From the NCBI GenBank assembly GCA_034676125.1, contig JAUCCO010000002.1, positions 2,675 to 66,674 on the forward strand: DNA of 64,000 nucleotides, read 5' to 3'. Below are positions 28,872 through 37,050 of the stretch, in pieces; position 1 is the stretch's first letter; every line of letters begins with the position of its first letter. The notes beneath the pieces were generated by a model that saw only the letters and a list, made by a program, of their open reading frames with translations, did not search any database and was not told the origin of the DNA. This DNA comes from Bacteroidia bacterium (lineage in GTDB: Bacteria > Bacteroidota > Bacteroidia > UKL13-3). The translations under genes were made by a program, and so were the position numbers.

Positions 28872-30720
28872 CACCTCAAAACAACGCGTTTTACTGGTTA
28901 TTTTCTTTTCGGTTGCAATAGTTTACATTTTACGTTTAGCTGTTATGCAATTGTTAGATGATAGCTACCTTCGCTCGGCACAAGAAAATGTGTTGCAGGA
29001 GCAAACCATATATCCTGCGCGGGGTTTAGTGTATGATCGTACAGGCGAATTGTTGGTATACAATGATGCTATTTATGATTTAATTGTAATTCCTGAGCAA
29101 ACAAAAGGACTTGATACAAGCGAATTTTGTAGGGTTTTAGGAATTGAAAAAGAGGATTATATTCAACGTTTCGAAAAGATGAAACGCAGCAAAGGATATG
29201 CACCATACCGTCCTTCTGTTTTCGAAAAGCAATTAACCATTCCTATTTATGCCGCTTTTCAAGAAAAACTATTTGATTTTCCTGGCTTTTATGTTGAAGT
29301 AAGAACCGACCGTAAATATCAACATAGCAATGCGGCCCACATTATGGGTTATATTGGTGAGGTTACCGATAGGGATATTGAAAATAGCAATGGCTATTAT
29401 CGCATGGGCGATTTTAAAGGAATTAGTGGGGTTGAAAGAAGTTACGAGGAAGTGTTGCGTGGCCGCAAAGGTGTGCGGTATGTTTTGGTTGATAGTAAAA
29501 ATCGTACACAAGGCCGATATAAAGATGGAATGTTTGATACAGCTGCTTTAGCTGGGCAAAACATAACTTTAAGCATTGATCAAAAGTTACAAGAATTAGG
29601 CGAACAATTATTAACCAATAAAATTGGTAGTGTGGTAGCAATTGAACCTGCAACTGGCGAAATTTTATCTTTGATAAGTATGCCTACTTACGACCCCAAT
29701 TTATTTGTTGGCAGGCAGCGTGGTAACAACTACATGAAGTTATTAAAAGATCCTGCAAAACCATTATTTAATCGTCCGCTTGCTGCTCCTTATCCACCAG
29801 GTTCTATTTTTAAAGTATTAATGAGTTTGGTAGGACAACAAGAAGGTGTGCTAACACAAAATACATTATATAGCTGTAATGGTGGTTACCGCATGGGTGG
29901 TTTAAAAGTTGGATGCCATCCACACAGTTCACCATTAAATTTACAAGGTGCAGTAGCCGTTTCATGCAACGCTTATTTCTGTCATGTATACCGCAGTTTA
30001 ATTGATAACTTAATGTATCCAAACTCTGAAACAGCATATAAAAAGTGGTACGACCACATGAGTAGTTTTGGTATTGGCCACAAGTTAGGCGTTGATTTGT
30101 ATGGAGAGGGACAAGGATTTTTACCACCAACTACCTATTACGATAAAATTTATGGCAGATATAGATGGAAATCATCAACAACAATATCCTTAGCTATTGG
30201 ACAAGGCGAGTTAGGTATTACGCCACTGCAAATGGCAAATGCCACGGCAATTGTTGCTAACCGTGGGTATTATGTTACACCACATGTAGTAAAACAAATT
30301 GATGGCAAACCTAACGCTAATCCTGAGTATAATAAAAAACATTGGGCCAGTGTTGATACGCCATATTATGGTGTGGTAGTTAATGGAATGTATGATGTAA
30401 TTGAACGCGGTACTGGTAGAATAGCCAAAATTCCAGGTATAGAAATGTGTGGTAAAACAGGTACTGCACAAAATCCACATGGTAAAGATCACTCGGTATT
30501 TTTTGCTTTTGCACCAAAAGATAATCCTAAAATTGCAATTGCTGTATTTGTTGAAAATGCAGGATTTGGAGCAACCTGGGCAGCGCCAATTGCAAGTTTA
30601 ATGATTGAGCAATATTTAACAGGAAAGCATGATACACGTAAGTATTTATTAGAACGAATGCTTAAAGGAAATTTAGTACATAAAAATGATACAGCAGCAG
30701 CAACAACCAAAACCCGCTAG
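28864..30720 (+). CDS. mrdA: penicillin-binding protein 2 (elongasome transpeptidase)
   Basis: It has SxxK (GSIFK), SxN (SCN) and KTG (KTGTAQ) motifs, an N-terminal TM anchor, and synteny with rodA. Confidence 0.93.
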   Translation: MDSTSKQRVLLVIFFSVAIVYILRLAVMQLLDDSYLRSAQENVLQEQTIYPARGLVYDRTGELLVYNDAIYDLIVIPEQTKGLDTSEFCRVLGIEKEDYIQRFEKMKRSKGYAPYRPSVFEKQLTIPIYAAFQEKLFDFPGFYVEVRTDRKYQHSNAAHIMGYIGEVTDRDIENSNGYYRMGDFKGISGVERSYEEVLRGRKGVRYVLVDSKNRTQGRYKDGMFDTAALAGQNITLSIDQKLQELGEQLLTNKIGSVVAIEPATGEILSLISMPTYDPNLFVGRQRGNNYMKLLKDPAKPLFNRPLAAPYPPGSIFKVLMSLVGQQEGVLTQNTLYSCNGGYRMGGLKVGCHPHSSPLNLQGAVAVSCNAYFCHVYRSLIDNLMYPNSETAYKKWYDHMSSFGIGHKLGVDLYGEGQGFLPPTTYYDKIYGRYRWKSSTTISLAIGQGELGITPLQMANATAIVANRGYYVTPHVVKQIDGKPNANPEYNKKHWASVDTPYYGVVVNGMYDVIERGTGRIAKIPGIEMCGKTGTAQNPHGKDHSVFFAFAPKDNPKIAIAVFVENAGFGATWAAPIASLMIEQYLTGKHDTRKYLLERMLKGNLVHKNDTAAATTKTR

Positions 30721-31966
30721 CATTGATTGGCTTACACTAGTACTGTATTTTGTATTTGTGATTGGTGGATTATTGTGCATTTATGCTTCGGTATACCGAG
30801 AAGAATATCCTATGATTTATGATACCAATATGAATTATGGTAAGCAGTTAATCTGGATTGGCTTATCGGTGTTTATTGGTATATTAATTTTGTTTGTAGA
30901 CGAGAAGTTTTTTTATGCTTTTGCCTATCCAATTTATGGTATATCTATATTTTTATTAATTGCCGTGTTGATTATAGGTACTACAGTTAAAGGCTCTAGT
31001 TCGTGGATTGAGATTGCAGGATTTAGGATGCAACCAGCCGAGTTTGCCAAGTTTGGAACAGCATTGGCTTTGGCTAAGTTTTTAAGCGGATTTAATGTTA
31101 AATTTAGTGACAAAAAAACGCAGCTCATTGCAGGTTTTATTAGCTTTTTGCCTTTGATTATTATTCTTTTCCAGAACGAAACAGGAAGTGCATTGGTGTT
31201 TGGTTCGTTTGTTTTTGTATTGTACCGCGAAGGTTTATCTGGTTGGTTATTGTTTTTAGGATTTGTAGTTATATTATTAAGTGTGTTAGCATTGGTTATG
31301 CATGCACTTTATTTAAGTATTGCCATAGCAATTATTGCAGCTTTATTTACTTTAGTAATTAGGCGTACCAAACAAAATATATTAGTTGTTATTGGGGTAG
31401 CAATTGCTATGATGGCCTATGTAAGTAGTGTTGATTATGTGTTTGAAAATGTACTTCAAGCGCATCAAAAATCGCGTATAAATGTTTTATTGGGAAAAGA
31501 AGTTGATTTAAAAGGTGCTGGCTATAATGTAATGCAAAGTAAAATTGCAATTGGCAGTGGTGGCTTATTTGGAAAAGGTTATTTAGAAGGGACACAAAAC
31601 AAATTTAGGTTTGTACCCGAGCAAAGCACCGACTTTATTTTTTGTACCATTGGTGAAGAGTTTGGCTTTGTAGGTTCGTTAGTTTTTGTTGTATTATACA
31701 TGCTGTTTTTATGGCGCATTGTGCACTTAGCAGAAAGGCAGCGGTATAAGTTTAACCGCATTTATGGTTATAGTGTTGCCTCCATTTTGTTCTTCCACTT
31801 TTTAATTAATATTGGTATGACCTTGGGGTTAATGCCCATTATTGGTATTCCTTTACCATTTTTTAGTTATGGTGGTTCATCACTTTTAAGTTTTACTATT
31901 TTGTTGTTTATTTTTATTAGGCTTGATGCAAATAAAGTAAACGAATTACGTGGTGCTTTCGATTAA
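30686..31966 (+). CDS. rodA: SEDS-family peptidoglycan polymerase RodA
   Basis: It is a 10-TM SEDS protein with the motifs FVPEQSTDFIF and PLPFFSYGGSS. It overlaps the mrdA 3' end by 35 nt. Confidence 0.92.
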   Translation: MIQQQQQPKPASIDWLTLVLYFVFVIGGLLCIYASVYREEYPMIYDTNMNYGKQLIWIGLSVFIGILILFVDEKFFYAFAYPIYGISIFLLIAVLIIGTTVKGSSSWIEIAGFRMQPAEFAKFGTALALAKFLSGFNVKFSDKKTQLIAGFISFLPLIIILFQNETGSALVFGSFVFVLYREGLSGWLLFLGFVVILLSVLALVMHALYLSIAIAIIAALFTLVIRRTKQNILVVIGVAIAMMAYVSSVDYVFENVLQAHQKSRINVLLGKEVDLKGAGYNVMQSKIAIGSGGLFGKGYLEGTQNKFRFVPEQSTDFIFCTIGEEFGFVGSLVFVVLYMLFLWRIVHLAERQRYKFNRIYGYSVASILFFHFLINIGMTLGLMPIIGIPLPFFSYGGSSLLSFTILLFIFIRLDANKVNELRGAFD

Positions 31967-31968
31967 CT

Positions 31969-32973
31969 TTAATTAACAGGGAAAATAATTTCCGTTAACC
32001 ATTTTGATGTGTCTAGTTCTAACATAGGATCAGTAACATAAACCTCGCGAGGTGGTGCTGATAAAGTTCGTCCTTTTTGTATTAGATAGCTGTCCATATT
32101 ATCGTAAACTAATTTGGTGTTGTTGTATGCACCGTAATAACTCACCACAAAAGCCTCTCCCGCATTTAATTTACCCAACTTAATCCCTTTTTCTAGTATT
32201 GGCGGTTCACCAATAAAACTCATGCCAGTAATAAAATGGCTATCGCTATACCATGCTGTAAAGGGTGGGGTTGATGATGTAATATTATTTGATTTTAAAT
32301 AAGTATCTAACTTCAATAAGTTTTCTCCAATTTTTAATCCAATTTCTTCTGATGGAGTGTGCTTGTTTATAATGTATAAGTAGTTTTCTTCAGGCATGTT
32401 TTTTAAGTTTACATCAAACCCAACAATGCTTTCATTTATGGGTTGAGCTTCGCAAAGCTGCTTAATTTTAAGCAATCCCTTTTCGCAATCAGCACCAATC
32501 ATATCATCCATAAATAGGCCAAACCACCTGCCAATTAAGTTGTAGCCAAAATTTATTTCTAATTGCCACGCTAACTTGGTTGAATTATTTTCTTCATTAA
32601 ATATGAACTTAGTAACCGATGGTTCTTGATTATTAAATTCGAGTTTCAGGGCAATTAATTCGTAAGGTTTAGATGAAATTATGGTTAATTTTCCTTTGTC
32701 TATTTTAGCATTACTACTAATCCAACTAATCCATGCATTTTCGCCCACCAATGTGTCGCTGTACTTGTATTGTGCAGTGGAATCCATATCATCCCAAGGG
32801 CTCCAACTATTAAACGCATCAAGGTTATTAATTAATTTAAACGGAACCTCAGCTTCAGTATTTACGGTTATACTTCTTTCAACCCTAACCTTGTTGGGCA
32901 AAAACAAACTTACTATCAGCAATAGTATTAGTAGTGATAAGATTCCTAATGCAATGTATTTAAGTATTTTCAT
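31969..32973 (-). CDS. SRPBCC-family domain plus GyrI-like small-molecule-binding domain protein
   Basis: An N-terminal TM anchor is followed by a START/polyketide-cyclase-like half, and the C-terminal half resembles AraC effector-binding (GyrI-like) domains. The ATG at 32973 was chosen. Confidence 0.55.
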   Translation of the reverse strand: MKILKYIALGILSLLILLLIVSLFLPNKVRVERSITVNTEAEVPFKLINNLDAFNSWSPWDDMDSTAQYKYSDTLVGENAWISWISSNAKIDKGKLTIISSKPYELIALKLEFNNQEPSVTKFIFNEENNSTKLAWQLEINFGYNLIGRWFGLFMDDMIGADCEKGLLKIKQLCEAQPINESIVGFDVNLKNMPEENYLYIINKHTPSEEIGLKIGENLLKLDTYLKSNNITSSTPPFTAWYSDSHFITGMSFIGEPPILEKGIKLGKLNAGEAFVVSYYGAYNNTKLVYDNMDSYLIQKGRTLSAPPREVYVTDPMLELDTSKWLTEIIFPVN

Positions 32974-33140
32974 TGTTTGAGTATTAAAACGGGAACACAA
33001 ATTAAGTATTTTAAACGCTATTATAGGTAATGCTTCTATTTAAACACAATTGGTTTAGCATAAATTACTTCTGTGTGTAATAATCAAGTATAATTATGCA
33101 CTAAGTTTTGTTGCTCGTTTTAACAATCTATCTTTGTATC

Positions 33141-34124
33141 ATGTTAAGTACAAAAGTGAAGTATTTTTTTGTTATTGTTTTTATAACTGGCTTGTCTGGT
33201 TTTTTTATTCATGCTACTTTAACTGATGATGACAAAATTCAAAAAGAGTTTGAAACCTATTACAAGATATACTCTTTGGCCACGCCTGATAAACTTATGT
33301 TTGCAAACGAAGAAGTTCCTGTTACAGATTTTGATGTACAAGAGCGTTACGACCGCGAAATATTAACAAACGTGTATTGGCAATCGCAAACTTTGTTGAT
33401 GATAAAACGTGCGCATAAATTTTTTCCGATAGTTGAAACTATTTTGCGTAAAAATCAAATTCCAGACGACATGAAATATGTTGTTTTAGCCGAAAGCGGA
33501 CTACAAAATTTAGTTTCTCCTGCAAACGCATCAGGTTATTGGCAATTTTTAGAAGGTACTGCAAAAGGATATGGACTAGAAGTAAATGCAGATGTTGATG
33601 AACGTTATAATATCGAAAAATCTACAGAGGCTGCTTGTAAGTATTTTACCGAAGCCTATAAAGTATTTAACAGTTGGGCACTTGTAGCTGCATCATACAA
33701 TATGGGTATTGATGGTGTACGTAGGCAGTTGCAACAACAAGGTGTAAGTAACTATTACGATTTGTTTTTAAATACAGAAACATCTAGATATGTGTTTAGA
33801 ATTTTAGCCATCAAACAAATAGTAGAAAAACCACAAAGTTATGGCTTCAATGTTACTGCAAATCATAAGTATACTTTAGCTAAAACTATAAAAGTTAGGG
33901 TTAACCGCAGCATTCCAGATTTAATAAAATATGGTTTAGATAATGCAACTACTTATAAAGATATTAAAGTACTAAATCCGTGGTTACGCACCAGAAAATT
34001 AACTGTTGATGGTGGTAAAATTTACTATATAGAATTGCCTAAAGATAAAGTTAAATCAAATAGTTGGTACCAAAAAGTAAGTAATGATACTATTGATATT
34101 GAACAAACTAATTTGTTGAACTAA
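33141..34124 (+). CDS. lytic transglycosylase domain protein
   Basis: SLT-type motifs are present: LAESGL (catalytic Glu-Ser), ASGYWQF and AASYNMG. I prefer the ATG at 33141 to the TTG at 33108. Confidence 0.8.
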   Translation: MLSTKVKYFFVIVFITGLSGFFIHATLTDDDKIQKEFETYYKIYSLATPDKLMFANEEVPVTDFDVQERYDREILTNVYWQSQTLLMIKRAHKFFPIVETILRKNQIPDDMKYVVLAESGLQNLVSPANASGYWQFLEGTAKGYGLEVNADVDERYNIEKSTEAACKYFTEAYKVFNSWALVAASYNMGIDGVRRQLQQQGVSNYYDLFLNTETSRYVFRILAIKQIVEKPQSYGFNVTANHKYTLAKTIKVRVNRSIPDLIKYGLDNATTYKDIKVLNPWLRTRKLTVDGGKIYYIELPKDKVKSNSWYQKVSNDTIDIEQTNLLN

Positions 34125-34134
34125 CACCGTATTT

Positions 34135-34716
34135 TTAAGCTTTTTTGTATAAGCCATTTGTAATAATATACTCGGCAACTTTATCAGGTACTAAATATTT
34201 TATCGACTTATTTGCTTGCAACATTTCTCTAATATAAGTTGATGAAATATTAAGCAACGGAACTTCAAATATTTTTATTTTATCATTATTAGCCAGCAAT
34301 GGATTTTCATGAAAACCAACTCTTCGGTATACAAATATCTCGTGGTTGTTGATGATGGTTTGGTAATCTTTCCATAAATGAAATGATTGCAAATTATCGC
34401 CACCAATAATGGGTACAAAAGTGTAGTTTGGATGGGCCTTTTGCAGTTCAGCTAAAGTATTTACAGTGTAAGAAGGTCGAGGTAAGTTAAACTCAAAATC
34501 GCTTGCTTTAAAACGTTCGTCACCATTTATAGCTAATTTTAGCATCTCAAGTCTTATCGTTTCGTTTAATAAAGTTCCGTTTGCTTTAAATGGATTTTGA
34601 GGAGAAACAATAAACCAAATTTGATCAAGCTGGGTGAACTGTACAAAGTAATTTGCAATTAACAAATGCCCGGTATGAACAGGGTTAAATGAGCCAAAAA
34701 ATAAACCAATTTTCAT
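34135..34716 (-). CDS. nadD: nicotinate-nucleotide adenylyltransferase
   Basis: It has GLFFGSFNPVHTGHL (the HxGH motif) and a C-terminal ISST motif. The length is 193 aa. Confidence 0.92.
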   Translation of the reverse strand: MKIGLFFGSFNPVHTGHLLIANYFVQFTQLDQIWFIVSPQNPFKANGTLLNETIRLEMLKLAINGDERFKASDFEFNLPRPSYTVNTLAELQKAHPNYTFVPIIGGDNLQSFHLWKDYQTIINNHEIFVYRRVGFHENPLLANNDKIKIFEVPLLNISSTYIREMLQANKSIKYLVPDKVAEYIITNGLYKKA

Positions 34717-34722
34717 GATGTA

Positions 34723-35334
34723 TTATTTGGTTAAAAATTTATTTATTAAATCCTCCGCAACGATAAGTGCATCCGAAAGATTTTCATTTATTAATACATA
34801 TTCAAACCTGTTTTCGTATTGTAATTCTTCAACAGCTTTATCAATTCTTATACGCAAAGTTTCTTCTGTTTCTGTTGATCTAAACCTTAGCCTTTCTTCT
34901 AGCGTTTTTATACTTGGTGGCTTAACAAATACAGCCAATGCATTTTCGCCAAAATGTTTTTTTATGTTTAGTCCGCCTTCTACATCTACATCAAAAATAA
35001 CCGCTTTGCCGTGCTCCCAAATCCTATCAACTTCTGATTTTAAAGTGCCATAAAAGTTTCCACCATACACTTCTTCATGCTCTAAAAATTCATTGTTGTC
35101 TATTCTAGTTTTAAACTCCTCGTGCGATAAAAAATAATAATCTTTTCCATCAATTTCATTCGATCGTTTGTCACGTGTGCAAGCACTTACCGAAAATGCT
35201 AAACGGTCATCTATAGAAAGTAAGTGTTTTACAATGGTAGTTTTACCAGAGCCCGAAGGAGCACAAAAAATAATTACTTTCTTAAAATTGGTACTAGTTT
35301 TTTTGTCAAATAAAGTATCTTTAATACTCATCAA
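34723..35334 (-). CDS. gmk: guanylate kinase
   Basis: It has the P-loop APSGSGKTT, then CTRDKRSNEIDGKDYYF and a LID region. Confidence 0.93.
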   Translation of the reverse strand: MMSIKDTLFDKKTSTNFKKVIIFCAPSGSGKTTIVKHLLSIDDRLAFSVSACTRDKRSNEIDGKDYYFLSHEEFKTRIDNNEFLEHEEVYGGNFYGTLKSEVDRIWEHGKAVIFDVDVEGGLNIKKHFGENALAVFVKPPSIKTLEERLRFRSTETEETLRIRIDKAVEELQYENRFEYVLINENLSDALIVAEDLINKFLTK

Positions 35335-35376
35335 ATTTATTTAAAAATGAAATTGTTAATTGTTTAATAACGTAGC

Positions 35377-36246
35377 TTAAATAATATTATTTATTTGCTC
35401 TTTAATTTTCTCTAATTCATCTTTCATTTCAACCACACGTTGTTGAATTTTAAAATGATTAGCCTTACTGCCAATGGTATTAATTTCTCTTCCCATTTCT
35501 TGTGCAATAAACCCTAGTTTTTTACCAGCCGATTTTGTTTGCATTGTTTCTAAAAAGTAGCTACAATGCTGAATTAGCCTGGTTTTTTCTTCACTTATGT
35601 CAAGTTTTTCTATGTAATAAATCAACTCTTGTTCAAACCTATTTTTGTCCCAGTTTTCTTCTTTTAGTTGAGCCAATTCACCTTCAATTCGGCCTCTAAT
35701 TGTTTGCATTCTTTCCGCTTCTAAAGCTTCTACTTCGCTAACAAGATGCATAATTGCTTGGGTCATTCGGCTTAATTCATGGGCCAACATATCACCTTCT
35801 TTTTGCCTAAATTTTTCAAACTCTGTAAATGCTAAATTAACAGCATGCATTAAAGTTTTTAAATCTTCTTCGTTGTTTTCATCCTCTATTGGCTGAAACA
35901 AATTTGGCATTTGCAAGAGTGTAGATGATAACAAATCTGGATTTAAACCTGCACTGTTACAAACCTGTGTTAATTCACCTAAGTAATAAGCTGCCACATC
36001 TTTATTAATAGGCATTACTTTATCTTCAGCACGTTTAAATTGAACGTTTAAATTTATCTGAGCACTTCCGCGTTCAACCAATTTAGTAAGTTCTTTACGC
36101 ACCTCGTGATCTTTACTTTGCCAAACTTTTGGCATACGTAAGTTTATTTCTAAAAATTTATTATTTAGCGATTTAATTTCGGCCTTTATGGTAAAACGTT
36201 CTGTGTCTACCTCAGCCTGACCGTAGCCGGTCATTGATCTTAGCAT
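35377..36246 (-). CDS. yicC: YicC family protein
   Basis: It has the canonical N-terminus MLRSMTGYG and the C-terminal EMGREINTIGSKAN. The start at 36246 is supported by a promoter lying inside the longer track ORF. Confidence 0.88.
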   Translation of the reverse strand: MLRSMTGYGQAEVDTERFTIKAEIKSLNNKFLEINLRMPKVWQSKDHEVRKELTKLVERGSAQINLNVQFKRAEDKVMPINKDVAAYYLGELTQVCNSAGLNPDLLSSTLLQMPNLFQPIEDENNEEDLKTLMHAVNLAFTEFEKFRQKEGDMLAHELSRMTQAIMHLVSEVEALEAERMQTIRGRIEGELAQLKEENWDKNRFEQELIYYIEKLDISEEKTRLIQHCSYFLETMQTKSAGKKLGFIAQEMGREINTIGSKANHFKIQQRVVEMKDELEKIKEQINNII

Positions 36247-36261
36247 AATTTTATCTTTGCA

Positions 36262-36292
36262 CAAAAGTAACATAAACACAGTAAACCACAAA
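36262..36292 (-). promoter_or_regulatory. promoter of yicC
   Basis: The minus strand has TTTG (36292-36289), a 19-nt spacer and TACTTTTG (36269-36262). The box ends 15 nt upstream of the ATG at 36246. Confidence 0.7.
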
Positions 36293-36360
36293 GCTCGAAT
36301 GTGTGCTACTAATTATTGCAATTTTCTCTTATGTTTTCTCCAATTTTGGGGTTGATATAA

Positions 36361-36401
36361 TTATAAAAATTAAGGCCAATTGATTTTACTCAATTGGCCT
36401 T
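36361..36401 (-). terminator. intrinsic terminator downstream of the 34-aa ORF
   Basis: AAGGCCAATTGA-6 nt-TCAATTGGCCTT is a perfect 12-bp stem. On the minus strand it is followed by AATTTTTAT, and it starts 8 nt after the ORF stop. Confidence 0.8.
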
Positions 36402-36408
36402 AGTGATA

Positions 36409-36513
36409 TTATTTTGTGAAATAGTTTGCAATTAAACCAATGATGATTATTGCTGCAAAAACGAGTCCTACAATTAGGTTACCACGGTCTTGTGATTTAT
36501 CTTGATTACTCAT
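36409..36513 (-). CDS. candidate 34-aa single-TM microprotein
   Basis: The product is MSNQDKSQDRGNLIVGLVFAAIIIIGLIANYFTK, a polar N-terminus followed by one TM helix. It starts with ATG and has a strong dedicated terminator. It is below the ORF-track cutoff. Confidence 0.5.
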   Translation of the reverse strand: MSNQDKSQDRGNLIVGLVFAAIIIIGLIANYFTK

Positions 36514-36530
36514 AAAATTAAAGAATTATA

Positions 36531-36593
36531 AATTGAACTTATACCGAAAGCACATTCAATATAGTTCAATTTCGGCTCTGGCATAATTGAACT
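36531..36593. repeat. three copies of a 9-mer (AATTGAACT direct, AGTTCAATT inverted, AATTGAACT direct)
   Basis: The copies lie at 36531-36539, 36563-36571 (reverse complement) and 36585-36593. They sit just upstream of the microprotein ORF on its strand. Confidence 0.7.
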
Positions 36594-36625
36594 ATTTTGC
36601 TGTAGCATCGGCATTACCATTGTAT

Positions 36626-36657
36626 AATTATTTTTTAGTTTGTACTAAAAAATAATT
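36626..36657. repeat. perfect 14-bp AT-rich inverted repeat with a 4-nt loop
   Basis: AATTATTTTTTAGT-ttgt-ACTAAAAAATAATT lies between the hypothetical ORF (36709-37044) and the microprotein ORF. Confidence 0.7.
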
Positions 36658-36708
36658 GCAATTGGTATTACATTACTTTTGGTTGTAGCTAGTGGTGTAA
36701 GTCTTGTC

Positions 36709-37044
36709 TTATATTCTTAGCACGTTATTTAATAAATATAACGCTGAGTATATCTGCATCTCACTCGTTAAAAACAAACGAACAAGACACTTATATTTTG
36801 TTGCCGAAAAGTAAGTTGTATTTAGTTTGTAACTAGGAGTGATGCTGTTTTTAATACTAGTTATACTGGTATTAGTTAAACCAGTATCAAACCTTAAAGC
36901 ACTATTAAATGTGGTTTCTACTTTGGCTGAATATTTAAGTTCACTCGCACCATTAATTTGATTGCACGCAATGGTTGTATTGGTATTTAATATACCAATT
37001 AACTGTGCAATAAATACAATCAATATGTGCTTAACCACTTTCAA
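36709..37044 (-). CDS. hypothetical protein (weak call)
   Basis: This 111-aa ORF starts 4 nt downstream of the hutH stop codon (37051-37053). The only start is TTG. The N-terminus is hydrophobic, the sequence is low-complexity and N/T/S-rich, and I recognise no family. Confidence 0.3.
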   Translation of the reverse strand: MKVVKHILIVFIAQLIGILNTNTTIACNQINGASELKYSAKVETTFNSALRFDTGLTNTSITSIKNSITPSYKLNTTYFSATKYKCLVRLFLTSEMQIYSALYLLNNVLRI

Positions 37045-37050
37045 TACTCT

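Noticed and set aside
29269-30710. A cluster of six alternate-frame ORFs across mrdA, and similar clusters in the carboxyltransferase and rocD genes. I considered these as a sign of foreign composition or nested genes.
   Set aside because: These are the most conserved and slightly more GC-rich genes in the window, where off-frame stop codons are simply rarer. No flanking repeats, mobility genes or breaks in synteny are present (purH-mreBCD-mrdA-rodA is intact).
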